In this document: one piece after another, positions 21,201-33,497 of the stretch
Numbering within the stretch: the stretch's first letter is position 1
Layout of the letters: each line of letters begins with the position of its first letter
Assembly (NCBI GenBank): GCA_047495785.1
Contig: JBLDXI010000010.1
Coordinates: forward strand, 2,046,001-2,110,000
Direction: 5' to 3'
DNA from: Lepidodermella squamata
Lineage: Eukaryota; Animalia; Gastrotricha
Length of the DNA stretch: 64,000 bases
Translations under genes and position numbers: made by a program
The notes under the pieces: generated by a model
What the model was told of the DNA's origin: nothing
The model's input: the letters and a program-made list of their open reading frames with translations, nothing else
Databases searched by the model: none

Positions 21201-22229
21201 ATGGCTCTCAAGTCTATCAACCTTAGTATCGCAAAGCAGGTCTACCAACCTGGTGAGGTTGTTTCCGGCATCTGTACCTACGATATCAAACAATCTAAGC
21301 AACAAAACAGTCCTTTCGTCCTTATAATTCGCCTACAAGGTGTGGCTAATGTTGAATGGAAAGACTCGAGCAAAAAATCGCCGAAAGAAACTGGTGGCAG
21401 CAAGGTGAAGTCATCGAAGCGTGTCCTAATTGAAACCGAGCAGCGAGTCACTCTATCAGACGCCGTTCACCTCAAACCCGGGCGCCATGAGTTACCTTTC
21501 GCGTTCCAACTCATGCAAAACGGCTTGAAAACAAGTTTCGAAGGCAAATTTGGCCACATTCGTTACTTTTTGACCGCTGGAGTTGAGGGAATGAAGCAGA
21601 AAGCTGGTCCGCTACAGTTCCAGATGATTGAGCACGTTCCGGTTGATTTTCCAGAGCAATTGCTACCGGTGAAATCAGCAGTGGCGAAGAAACTCGGCTT
21701 TCTCTTCGCGAAATTCGGCCGCCTATCGATCACTGCCTACAGCAATCACGGGGCTTACTACTGCTTTGGCGAAAGCATCTACATCACAGCAGAATTCAAC
21801 AACCAGTCAAGCAGAAAGGTTAAACCTTACGCTAAATTGGTTCAATCCATAACTTTCCGGGCTGATGGAGGTGGCGAAAAAGTTGTGAAGCAAGTCACGA
21901 ACCTAGTTCCGTTAGCTAAGTTGGAAAATCAAAGCCAGGGTGGCTCAGTTAGCTGGAACGAGTTAGGATTCCGCCTACCTCAAACTTTGCCTACGCTACA
22001 TTCCGAAACAATCAGCGTGACGTATCATTTGGAGGTTGGTATGTCTGTTTCTATGGCGAGTGATGTGAAAGTGAATTTGCCGGTCACACTTGGCACTGTT
22101 CCAAGAGGTGGAGTGAGCGCAACTGCTGGTGTCTGCAACCAGGTTAATATCTATCCGCAACTGCCATCGGTTTGCTACGTCTTTGCCGATGAAATTGAAC
22201 AACAAGCACTTGTAGCTCAACGAGCTTAG
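21201..22229 (+). CDS. Alpha-arrestin (ARRDC-like), copy 3, intronless, no PPxY
   Basis: VYQPGEVVSG, LPFAFQL, TSFEGKFGHIRY, LPVTLGTVP; AATAAA at 22261. Confidence 0.9.
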   Translation: MALKSINLSIAKQVYQPGEVVSGICTYDIKQSKQQNSPFVLIIRLQGVANVEWKDSSKKSPKETGGSKVKSSKRVLIETEQRVTLSDAVHLKPGRHELPFAFQLMQNGLKTSFEGKFGHIRYFLTAGVEGMKQKAGPLQFQMIEHVPVDFPEQLLPVKSAVAKKLGFLFAKFGRLSITAYSNHGAYYCFGESIYITAEFNNQSSRKVKPYAKLVQSITFRADGGGEKVVKQVTNLVPLAKLENQSQGGSVSWNELGFRLPQTLPTLHSETISVTYHLEVGMSVSMASDVKVNLPVTLGTVPRGGVSATAGVCNQVNIYPQLPSVCYVFADEIEQQALVAQRA

Positions 22230-22303
22230 ACAATTGATTGATTCCTGAATTTCTAAAGCCAATAAAATCGAGACTGTTTTTCAAAAAGCTGTTTTATTCA
22301 AAG

Positions 22304-22684
22304 TTAATAGTAGTAGCAGTACAGAACTCTAAAGCATGTAAAACGGCAGCAAACAGCTCGCCCAGGTAGGTTGACGATCCAGGAGCAACTGGTGCGCAAC
22401 CGACCGCCGCCAAGGCCGAGAAGGCCCTGTGGGAAGAAGGACCGATCGCTGTCTTCGGTATTTTCATCGAATTTAGCCTGCAGCTGGGCGAGGCGCGGGT
22501 CGTCCGGGTTGAATTGAGATTGCTGTTGTTGTTGTTGATTGCCGCCTGGCTGCTGGAACATTTGCGGCTGCTTACCGCCTTGGTGCTGAATGCCAAAATT
22601 ATGTCGGTTGTCGTAGGATCCATCTTGACCATCGCCGGTCGATATGAAGACAGCGCAGATGAGCAATAAATAATGATAGATCAT
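22304..22684 (-). CDS. Small secreted precursor: signal peptide, Gln-rich/acidic pro-region, cationic Cys-rich C-terminal peptide
   Basis: MIYHYLLLICAVFISTGDG signal peptide; polyQ; acidic FDENTEDSDR; C-terminus CSWIVNLPGRAVCCRFTCFRVLYCYYY; AATAAA directly after the stop. Confidence 0.7.
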   Translation of the reverse strand: MIYHYLLLICAVFISTGDGQDGSYDNRHNFGIQHQGGKQPQMFQQPGGNQQQQQQSQFNPDDPRLAQLQAKFDENTEDSDRSFFPQGLLGLGGGRLRTSCSWIVNLPGRAVCCRFTCFRVLYCYYY

Positions 22685-23081
22685 GTTGGCAAAAACAAAC
22701 TCGTTGAAATGGTAATTTCGGCACTGACGCGATGTGCTTTATCTAGGGTTCACGAGTTGCGCAAATGCGAGCCTGAAAATTCGTAATAATTGAGCTCTTA
22801 CGCAATACATTTCACCGCTCTCATTGAAACAAAATTTACTTTTTATTCAAAATACAGATTTTCCCGATCTAAAATTGGCTGATAGGTAGCAGGAATAAAA
22901 CGCAAGAAATTAAACCGATTTTTATAAATAATTTTGTCAAATCATGATCACGTCGTGATCCCAAAATGAAATATGAAATGACAACTTAATACAAATCGCG
23001 CACTATATTATTATTATGGTGATTTCTTTGCGTTTTTAAATTCTTCATTAAAATTTAAAAAAATGTAAGGGTACTTGGTGT

Positions 23082-24100
23082 CAGACTTTCGGTCTACTAC
23101 TTTTTGCATGCCAACACCAAGACCATACTTTCTGCTTGAAACTAAGACCAAGACCAAGACCGAAATTCCAAGTAGGTCTTTCGATCAAGACCAAAGACCG
23201 AAGACCGATAATTTCAATTACGCATGATTTCATGCTAAATTGTTCGCAATTTCTTCTATTCTGGAAAGTTCCCCTGTGATAGCCATCGGCCAGCAATGAT
23301 CAATCATTTAAAGGTTAAATAAAATTAGTTATTTACTGCCGCGCGCGATTGCATCTTAGTAGTTACGCATCTTACAAAGCTGACTGGCATCTTAAAACAA
23401 TTTTAACCGCACCATAACCGCGCAATTTTAACATCACACATGATTAAGCAAGAGATTAAGGCGTGGGTCAACAAGAGCGAACTGAGCTAAGCTGACACCA
23501 CCTAGTGACATTGCAAACAAATGGCTGAGGAGAGTCTAGTGAGTTCCGCACCCTAGTGAGTCAACTGAATTGGTTGCTGTTGACTTAAAAACTTAAAACT
23601 TGGACTCCAGCGACTAGACAGATTAAAATGTAAAATGCTCAATTTGATATTTATGGCTAGTGGCTATGCATATGTAAATTAGAAAGCAACTGGGGCTTTC
23701 CATCACTTTTTGAAGCGGCTTGTTGATGAAAGAGGCAAGAGGCAGCCATCTCACTGAACTCATAATTTCGACTTAATAATACCTAAGTTTCAGTATAGCC
23801 CAATAACTATTTTTGGACTTAAGAAGAAAATTGTTCCAATAAAGCATCCGACGAATGTTGACAAAAAATGTGCCCCTAAGGCTAATACAACAGATGCCTC
23901 ATTACATTTGATTTTTTCGCGTTTTCCGCGCAATCTCTTTCCCTTTGTGTAAAGTGGTTCTCTTGGTTTGGCAAATTCAAGACCATGAGACCGAAGACCA
24001 TACCAAATTAGCGGCAAGGTCTTAAAAAGACCGATACCGGAAAAATTGTATGGTCTTGGTATGGTCTTGGTCTCACTTCAAAGACCAGACCGAAAGTCTG
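23082..24100. mobile_element. Non-autonomous hAT element (1019 bp)
   Basis: Perfect 14-bp TIR CAGACTTTCGGTCT / AGACCGAAAGTCTG; 8-bp TSD CTTGGTGT at 23074-23081 and 24101-24108; clustered subterminal AGACC/GGTCT repeats. Confidence 0.9.
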
Positions 24101-25628
24101 CTTGGTGTAATAAGTTCTTGAATTTTTCAGTTCTGATAATATTTGCGTATAAATTATTGAAATTTACTAAGGTTGAGGAATCGCCCACCTGTTTCAAATT
24201 TCAGAATTTTCTGAGCTATAGCTAATTTTTAACACTCGATCAACATGTTTTGTCCACATCTGCAATCAGCCCTCGTTACGCTGTGAGATAATACCCTAAT
24301 ATTAATATTTCCCACGGGCCATTTTCGGTCTAGCGGGCTATTAGGATCCACAAATTAGAGAAATATTCGAGTCACTCAGTTGTGATGTCCTTATCAGGTG
24401 AAAGTAAGGTGTGTCACGGCAATGAGATCGCCAGATTACTGTAGCCTGTGTCTTAAGCAAATTTCCTAGCGTACCTTTTTCGGTGTCTGTCAAATTATGC
24501 TTGTCTATTCAGCGTGATAGAGTTATCATCTACCGACATGTCCTTGCAATTTTCACTGGAAATAAGGAATTAGGATGCACCTATCCAGTTGGTACAACAT
24601 CGACGATGAGAGCTGATGTCAATACTGGGTCATCAACCATGCGTCACAAAACAAATTGCATTCGCGCTAATGGAATAATGAGAAGTGCCATAGGTTAAAC
24701 CAATTACTAGATGCTTTGCATAAAATTGACCTTGACTGATATTGTTGGCTCGAATCTGATATTAATTGATCCCTAGGAATGAAACGTAGGTTATGAGGCA
24801 ACCTCCAGAAATGTTTCGGGATTAACAATTGATGAACGATCGGACAATTGATTTTTCACAAGAGTGACGCACATTTATAACAGCGGAATGTCAATGGATT
24901 AAGGCCAGCCAATTAGGTCCAGTGGTATCTGTCTTAAGCTGATATCTCAATGTAACCATGTCTGTTTACGTCAAATTATGATGTCGTCAGTTCAACAAGA
25001 GGACATGTACGGTAGAAGATTAGATTAGTATCTAACCCTGGAAATCCAGCACCTAACGGTGTTAATACTGGGCCACGGCACCTCAAAATTGACGAAATTA
25101 AATTTATGGACGGTGCATATTTCATTTTATCCCGAGGACAAAACATCCGGAGATTCTGATTTTTCGTTGTACAACGTCACCGAGTTCTGTCTTAGTATCT
25201 TTTGATCGAATAACAAGAAAATTGAGCTTGTTATATATTGACAGGTGAGAGGCGTTTGAGTGGAAAATAACTTTATGTGTAAGTCATTGCGCACCTGTCA
25301 TCGAAAATATCTCAATTATCACATAATCCCATAGATAACGTCAACACCATATGTCATCATTTATTGAAGGTTAATTAGCTAATAGCAGAATAACAAAATC
25401 TGATGCGGAAAAAGTTGGGTATGAATTATTATTACACGTTGAATTTGCACGAATTTGAGAAGCCAGCAGTTTGAAAATAAAATACATACTTTTGGCGGAA
25501 AAACGTGGCATTATAACACACAACAAGTGACATATAATTATGATCGAATAAAAAATGATGAAGGGAGGGAAGTGTTGGCAATCGGGCCAGTAATTCCAAA
25601 TTGTGTTGCGGCAGTACCATTCGATGAC

Positions 25629-26605
25629 TCATCCGCCTTGACTGTTCGAATGTTGGACGTGCTGCGATTGTTGTTGCTCCATTCTGCGCTGCCTTGCCCG
25701 CCGATTCTGGTACCAAACTTTCACCTGAAAATGTACCAAATCAATTGCTTTCTGGGGATTAGATAAAAGCCAACATATATCGGCATTCAAGCCATTCGAA
25801 AGTACGCATTGCTAAGTACCGTAGAACGGTAGAAAATGATAAGGGCTCAGGATTGCAATGTCGCTGCAAAAGGGATTGCTAAAGGGTACTGAGTAGGAAC
25901 CTCAAGACTTGAAGAGTGCCTGATCTAATGGTTTTAGGGGGTTCCCAAGTTTTAGGGAAGGTTTTACGTCATGAGTATCGATATCGGGATTTTTCGGGTT
26001 TATCGGTAATTTTAGTGAAAATTCGGAAATTTTACCTTTCTCTCGGATATGTTGAGAGTCTTTGCCAGATTGAACAGCTCTCGCGAGTTCAAATACGGCG
26101 ATCGTTTGAAGCTTTGCTCCAGTGATTCAGCCTGTGACGGCAACAGCGGGATCCTCGCTCTTCGGAATCGCCTACCAGACGGCGTTCGGCCCTGATCACT
26201 GACTGCCTCCTGGCTCGATTCGAAGGACACGTCACTTATCTGTCGGCTAGGGCTTTCCTCCTGCTTTCGCTCGGACGAAGACGTGTGATCGTTCGAATGC
26301 GATCGCCGTATCGAGCTGGACGTCGACTGTTCGCTGCTGCTTAGTAGCGGCACCGGTTGTGGTGCAATGAACTGCAGAGCTTTTTTTAGGATAAAAACCG
26401 GGTTTATGCAAAATATTTACAATGCTTTTCAAAGCGATGTTTAGGGCATGTTATGCTCGAAACGTCGTTTCTAGTTGTACACAAGCTAACTTTCGAAGGG
26501 GATCGGTAGTGGCGTAGCGGTAGTAGTAGCACTACCTTGGCCGATCATTCTCGCCAAAATTGCGGCTATCAACCCCGGAGAAGGGTTGGCATCAAACGGA
26601 TTCAT
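25629..26605 (-). CDS. Divergent ANTP/NKL homeobox gene, most like Msxlx; 3 exons (26605-26491, ~26379-26036, 25724-25629)
   Basis: Spliced homeodomain RRARIPLLPSQAESLEQSFKRSPYLNSRELFNLAKTLNISERK|VKVWYQNRRARQRR, with the intron at the classic codon 44/45 position. R-I-P, YLxS and QNRRAR(E/Q)RR match my recollection of Msxlx. TATAAAA at ~26794-26800. Confidence 0.75.
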
Positions 26606-27954
26606 AAATAATGTCGATTGAGTGTTTAGTAACACAAATTGTGATAATGAGTAAATTCGCAAATTTCTCACCGTCTTGTCTCGCTGCGGTGACAGGTTTC
26701 GCAAAGGCGTGTTACTGTTATGTCAAAATTGAAAAATCAGCCGGTTAACACGTCAATTAGAGGCCCCGTGTTCGTGTGTGATTGACCCCGCTCTTTTATA
26801 GAGTGATGCCTGTCAATTATTATCGGGCGCATGGTGCGTCGCAGACGATATCGGGACGCTTTTACGCCTGAGGGCATATTTAAATTAAGCAATATTTAGA
26901 TCTTGTTGTTGACTGTCACTTGGCGTTATGCTCCAAATGCTCACTTTCGATAATTTAATCTGAAAATTGCCAACAAAAAATGATCTAAGAATTCAATTAC
27001 AAAGGTCATCTTGTCTGTTGATTAAGTGCCAGATATAGCCTGCTCTACTTTATCGCCGATTTCGACAAAAATATGAGAATTTTCAAAAAGTGGCGCAAAT
27101 GATACGAAATTTTACAACGATCCGCGATTTCACCGAAAAAGATTGAAATTTCCCGAATTAACCTGATCGTAAATGCTTTGGTAATTATCGAGTATCGGTA
27201 CTTTTTACCAAATTTGGCTGGAGGTTAATTTTGCTCTTACGCCTTCGACAATTAAGATTCGCGCAAAAATCCCTAAATCCAAAGATTTCTGAATTTCCTA
27301 GAAATTCTGGAATTTTCGGACTGTGACCTAATTTTTGGACAATTATGATTTTCTGATACAGCGACCTCATGAATTTTTCCTGATTTTCCCTCGATAATTA
27401 TGTGATGAGAATTAAGGACAGGCTTATCAGGACACTTTTATTCTTTAATTTCAAAAGTTTGAGGCCTAATTATATTACAAAATTACCCAATTCTGCACCT
27501 GATGTTTTAGAAGATGCCCTATTTTTCAAACCTAATCAGAATTCAGCCTATTGTCCTACTGTTTAAAAAAAGAATTTGTAGGGGTTTTATCTATTTATTT
27601 TGGTTCCCGCTATCTTTGTTTTCATACTAAAGTATCATATGTTTAGTATGAAAACAGAAAAGGATATTTTCATGCGAACAAATTCAATTATTCAAATTGT
27701 TCACCTGCCAAGGCCAAGATGACCCTTACAGCAATCATTCATCGCCCATATGATTAGCACTTGCTTGACATTGAAGATTCGGTCATTTAAGTCCGCCTCT
27801 CATTTTCGAACCTGTTTAATAGTACCTATTTCCCCCGTGTATTCACGCCTACTTGATAACACCTTAATTCGATTTATTTCCTATCCTTTACCCAGTTGAT
27901 CTCCAATAGCCATCCTGATTTTTGCGATTTCATATGACCCTCGTGAAGCGTAAC

Positions 27955-29221
27955 TGTTAGCCAATAACGTAACCGGGCTCGTTAGCTATTGTTATAGAGC
28001 GAAACGTAGTGTTAGTCTATATGCCTCCTACACTCATAGGTACTATTTATTTCACGGTATTTAACAATTATCATGATTCCCCGTTACTCTACCTAAATTC
28101 CCCATCATCTTCTGAACTCTTATTCCCAACAAAATATGATTGAGATCAGCTTGATTCCATCGTCCCGACCATGCGCCATCGATTCGCGCGCAGCGACACA
28201 TATTCTACAAGCCAACTTAGTGTTTACTCATGACTCTTTATCACTCGCGCTGACGTAGAGTTCGCACTTCTCACTCATGCATCATCTTCAGAGCCTCAAG
28301 CCTCAAGAGGCTAGAAGGCTTACTACCAACATACACATTTGCCAAATTTAGAATAAGAGCTGCACTGCGCATAAATCAAAACACAAAATTTCATGAACCC
28401 GCCAATTAACGGTCGGGAACGTAATTGCAGGGAATAGCCATGTTCGCATTCCTTGTATTTCCAGTCAAAGCATTTGGAGGCACAATCTGCATCCGTTTGT
28501 ATTACAACTTTGTCACCTTGATGAGAAGTTGTGTTCTTGCCTTCGCCAAACGGACAAGGATAGAGAGGCATCAAGGGCGAGACGGTGGTGGACCCCGATG
28601 ACAGACCTTGAGGAAGAGAGAACAAATCAATGTAAATTATTATACGATGATAATCATATAAATAGTAATTATTAACGTTTTGTAGTCTCCTTATAAATGT
28701 CATAATTGTCCACAAAAATGTCAAAAGGCTTCTCCGTGGTGGACTTTGACAGACCTTGAGTAAGAGAGAACAAATCAGTTTTAATTTATAGAAAAAAAAC
28801 AAAACTTAATACCATCCGACAAGACAACTCCTATAGCTGCAGCCATGAAGACGAGACCGAATTTCGCGAGCATTTTGAGGTGGTTTTTAAATGTTAGCCA
28901 ATAACATATCCGGGCTCGTTAGCTATTGTTATAGAGCGAAACGTATTAGTCTATATGCCCCCTACACTCATAGGTACTATTTATTTCACGGTATTTAACA
29001 ATTATCATGATTCCCCGTTACTCTACCCAAATTCCCCGTCATCTTCTGAACTCTTATTCTCAATAAAATATGATTGAGATCAGCTTGATTTCATCGCCAT
29101 CGATTCGCGACACATATTGACAAGACTTCGAACAAGCCAACTCTCTGTTTATTCATGACTCCCATTTATCACTCGCGCTGACGTAGAGTTCGCATTTCTC
29201 TCTCATGCATCATCTTCAGAG
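27955..29221. repeat. Direct duplication of about 330 bp (27955-28291 and 28892-29221): 3' flanks of tandem peptide genes
   Basis: Near-identical blocks start TGTTAGCCAATAAC and end CATCTTCAGAG; a partial third copy lies at ~32670-32770. Confidence 0.9.
28323..28873 (-). CDS. Secreted 8-Cys peptide, copy 1 (3 exons; CxxxC...CxC pattern)
   Basis: Exon 1 is the signal peptide MLAKFGLVFMAAAIGVVLSD; introns are phase 1. Last exon ...CPFGE...DCASKCFDWKYKEC...FCVLIYAQC...KCVCW*. Confidence 0.8.
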
Positions 29222-29258
29222 GTGAGGAAGCCACGCCGTTTAAGGGTTTTAGGTTAAC

Positions 29259-29755
29259 TCAAGCACATAAACATTTGCCAGATATAAAATACATACGGCC
29301 GCATCCAAGTAAAACTTTAACACAGAGCTTGAACAAGGCAGTGCCTTGCCCCAACGAGGAGCATTTCTGGTATATCGATGTGTTGCAGTTGGTCAAACAA
29401 TCCGCAACCGTTTTCGGTTCTTTGTAACCTTTTATCCGCTTCTTTTCCAAGTCCGAGTCCCAAGGGCAATCGCGTGCGTTATGTGGGAGGGCGGTGGAAG
29501 TCGACAGACCTTAATGAAGAGAGAACAAAATGTAAATTATTATATTATGCGATGATTATAAATATATTAATTATTAACCAATTGCAGTCTGGTTGCTATT
29601 AAGGCTAGACTTCGTCGTGGCGGACTTTGGCAGACCTTGAGTAAGAGAGAACACATCAGTTTTAATTATAATGGAAAAGACGAAAGCCTAGTACCATCCG
29701 ACAATACAACAGCGATAGCTGCAGCCATGAAGACGAGACCGAGTTTTGCGAACAT
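29259..29755 (-). CDS. Secreted 8-Cys peptide, copy 2 (3 exons)
   Basis: MFAKLGLVFMAAAIAVVLSD|GLPKSATTKSSLNSNQTAI|GLSTST...DCPWD...DCLTNCNTSIYQKC...LCVKVLLGC...KCLCA*. Confidence 0.8.
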
Positions 29756-30007
29756 GGTGACTTCTCAACAGTATGTAAACTTCAGTAGAATGAGAAAATT
29801 AACGCTAATGACAGAAAAACGGCACATTGGCACCTGAAGCCGACTGTTATTGTTGATATCGATAGAATGTTCGCATATCAGCTGCGCCTCGTGACTATGC
29901 TGACGTCGTCACTGCCGGTGAGCTTCGCGGTTCAAGGCACCTATACCGCGGTGTTTTCAATCAGCTGCTCATCGCCATGCCAATGTCAGGAACCAGTGAG
30001 AAATTTA
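29756..30007. repeat. Upstream/promoter block of the peptide genes, duplicated near-identically at 40090-40341
   Basis: About 250 bp, GGTGACTTCTC...GAACCAGTGAGAAATTTA, occurs at both loci with few substitutions. Confidence 0.9.
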
Positions 30008-30476
30008 ATTTCTATCAAGAAGAAAAATTAAGAAGAAAAGCAATCAAATAAACGAACAATCAACGAAAGAAAGTGGGGCAAGCGAGCACCCAACTTCCGC
30101 GACAACGGCCTTACGCATCTCTACAGCAACTCGAAAATGCGCATAAAACTTACGTGCTACCCTTCATCGAATTTGGTATGGTCCCGTACACGTTTGCGGC
30201 TTCAGAAAAAGTGTCCTCGAGAAACTTGGTAGCATAGATTTATTTATTTACGTTAGAATGGCGGAACCTTTGAAACCAATGGCGTGTGTTTTCTTATCCA
30301 CCCCGAATTTTCGGGTCGCCCACTTCTGACTACTTCTGAAGCTCATCTTGAAGTGAACATTTGTAGCTGTGTAGGAGACATTGCCCGAAAACCTCTGGTG
30401 TTTGCATCGAATAATCTGCCATCCACTTCTACGCCTGAGCTTCCTGAAATTCCGATGAAACTAAAGTTAGCCACTA

Positions 30477-31539
30477 CACCTTTTTTCCTTTGCAATTTCA
30501 TTATTTTTATTAAAGAAACACGCGTTTATTTTTTCATCATTATCAGCAGATTCATTTTATTCATTTTCTTACTTTTTTCTACCTAAGGATTTACTCGATC
30601 TTCGAAGGTTCGCTGTACGCGAATACGAAACCCGAATTGGATGAATTATATATCAAATTGAAGCTAGATATATAATCTTTCCAAATATGCGATCAGATCG
30701 ACAAAATTATTATTTGTTTCCCAGAAACTCAGGAGTAAGTAGAATGAACTGCAAAGATGTTTTCCTTGGGTAGTTTTTATATTTTATAGGTATAAGGCCC
30801 CTCCCTCCTCCCCAAAAATGATTAGAACAATCAGGCGAAGGTGATATCTCGAGTAGAAGCGATAGAACCTCAAAAAATTTGGCTTCAGTAGCATTTTGGG
30901 CAATAGCTGTAACGCGCTACACGAGTGCTCGAAAAGTGTCGTACCCGGGGATTGAACCCGGGCTGCCTTTCTGAGAAAGCACGGCTCTAACCTTTGAGCC
31001 ACCATGGCCGACACTCACTCCGTGTTCGCTTACGCGGTTGTAAGGGGACCAGGAGGAGAGATGGGAGGTGGACTCGCTCCCTATATCACCCCCTCGCTCC
31101 CTATAATAGCTTACGCGGATGCTGAGGTAGTTTTCACAAATATTGCTTTGGTTTCATCATGAAATGATGAAATTAGCGAAGACCAAGTAATAGAATAATT
31201 CCTTAGTAGTTATTTGTTGAAAAATGAACATTATTGTAGGTAAAATCAGAAGAAACTTTTCGAACAACCAGTCAGCTAAAACGTTGAATACCTTCAAGAA
31301 CAAAATGGCATCCAGTATTCTAATTTCACAGCTAGATAGATCAGATCTCTAGCTTCAATTTGATATATAATTCATCCAATTCGGGTTTCGTATTCGCATA
31401 CAGCGAGCCTTCGAAGATCGAGTAAATCCTTAGGTAGAAAACAGTAAGAAAATTAATAAAATTAATACGCTGATAATGATGAAAAAATGAACGCGTTTTT
31501 TTTTAATAAAAATAATGAAATTGCAAAGGAAAAAAGGTG
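30477..31539. mobile_element. Long-TIR MITE with TA target duplication, carrying a tRNA-like cassette
   Basis: TIRs of about 190 bp (CACCTTTTTTCCTTTGCAATTTC... / ...GAAATTGCAAAGGAAAAAAGGTG) flanked by TA on both sides; the same TIR recurs at 60175-60350. Confidence 0.85.
30937..31008 (-). pseudogene. tRNA-derived sequence (pseudo-tRNA / SINE-like head)
   Basis: A-box TGGCTCAAAGG, D-stem GCTC/GAGC, B-box GGTTCAATCCC with a paired T-stem, then TTTT. Acceptor and anticodon stems pair poorly. Confidence 0.65.
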
Positions 31540-33108
31540 TAGGTAGAGTCGGCATTGGCGGGAAGGGACATAAAATCGGGGGAAAAAAGAATTCTTCCAA
31601 GGCTACCCATTAGGTATTCCTTTCAGGATTGAAAAATTTCCAGAATTGAAAAAAACCCATGAAAAGGTTTAAAAGCCCAGGAAACCTTAAAGATCCCGGG
31701 CCTTAGTTTGAACTTTAAGAAAATCGGGAGAGACGCTTGATTTTGCCTGCAATGTTACTATAAAAAATTCGAATTCCCACAAAATCTAAACCATAAAACC
31801 TTATTATTTACCCCTGTCGCTCCAATTTTCCCAATACCTATTCTGTTTTTCCGATTTCATTCGTAGGTACCTCGTACCTCCGTATTAACGTATAGGCGCA
31901 TAGTGAGCACGTGCCAAGAGGCCGCCAGTTAATGGTGAAAATTTCAATTTTATTAACAATTTTGGGAATATTTTTGTTTCTTTAATTGTTCGATAAGCTT
32001 GGCAAAACTATCCTTTCCAATCAGTCGGATAAGCATATTTGTTGTTGGTTTTACTAAACGTTCGCTCGTCGCTTTGCTCAGTTATCAATTAATTTCATCA
32101 TTCACTACTCATCCTATACTCGATATACATTTTGAATAGAAATACAATCGTTGAAGTGGTTTGGGATGTGAAATTGATGATAATTGGACGCTCTTCCCTC
32201 AATTTCCTAAAAGTAAACATCAAGTTGGCAAGACATTGAACATTGAACAAGGCAACTTTTTTCAGGGTCAAGGTATTCGTACATTCATACATAAAACCAT
32301 GCATGAAAATTGCTATTCGTAAACAGTTTTTCGGGATGTTTCTAGAGTTATTCAAAAGGGTGTGGAATTTCGAAATTTGACGATTATGATAACATGAAAT
32401 TTTACAGATGCAGCAAATTTTGGCCTATTTAGTGATCAGAATTCTTCAGTATTATTTCATGGGAAATAATTCACATAAAGCTTGTATTTTGCGACTCTCC
32501 CATTGGGCATGCAATCGTGATTTTTTGGGGGAAGTCCTGAAGGCCTGATGGTCAGCTATCGGCGGCACACACAAACTAGACTGATTGAATGAAAATTGAG
32601 CAAGTCGTTCATCTTAGAATAGCAACCTTCGCGTAAAAACTATGTAGAAATAGCCGGAATGTATTTTTATTCATGACTCTATTAATCACTCGCGCTGACG
32701 TAGAGAGTTGGCATTTCTCTCAACGTATCTTCTTCGGAGCATTCAGAGGCGAGGAAACCACGCGCTGTTTAAGGGTCATGTGGCGTAGATGTGACATACG
32801 TCGCATGCTGAAAGCATACACATTTTTTGCCACTACTAAAATAAGTACGGTCGCATGAAAACAACAACACGCAATATGGGACCATGGGACTTTTTATGCC
32901 GTGGACGATTTCGCACTTGGTGTAGGCCCACCCGGATAGAAATTTTATGCTGCATTTCTGATGCGGGAACGTGATTTACCTGAGCTCTACCTGCGCCACA
33001 CTGATTTTTGATGAAATTGCATGATTTCTTGTCATGAGCGCATCGCAGCGAGTGCGGCGCAGTGATAAAAGTGACAAGTCGTAATTTATTGCCCATCATT
33101 TCTGGCGG

Positions 33109-33276
33109 GAGTGGTCGCGTTTATCATGCGCCTTAATGCGGCTCTCTCATGTCACTAACTCTCATCTCCCGCACGACAGCTATCTTCAACCGAGTGGTCG
33201 CGTTCATCATGCGCCGTAATGCGGCTCCCTCATGTCACTAACTCTCATCGCCCGCACGACAACTTTCTTCAACCGA
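33109..33276. repeat. Subterminal tandem repeat, 2 x 83 bp, of the EnSpm element
   Basis: GAGTGGTCGCGT...TCTTCAACC starts at 33109 and 33192. Confidence 0.9.
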
Positions 33277-33497
33277 TTCTCAAGTCTGAATTTTTCGAAA
33301 CATTTGATATTAGCATGTCGATACGAAATTCGGAATAAATTCGAAATAAATTGTATGATATATCGTTATTATGGAGAAGTTAGCGAAAATCTCATGAATT
33401 TCAATCATCAATATTTCACGATAACGAGTAAAGCCGATTGAAAACAAATGAATAAGTTGACAGAAAACGCTCGTTTTTATTGCGAAAATTCGGATGG

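Noticed and set aside
24300-25250. Coding-like composition suggesting a decayed gene or transposon
   Set aside because: No open frame or motif that I could identify.
30937-31008. Functional tRNA gene
   Set aside because: Acceptor and anticodon stems do not pair canonically; kept only as a tRNA-derived pseudogene.
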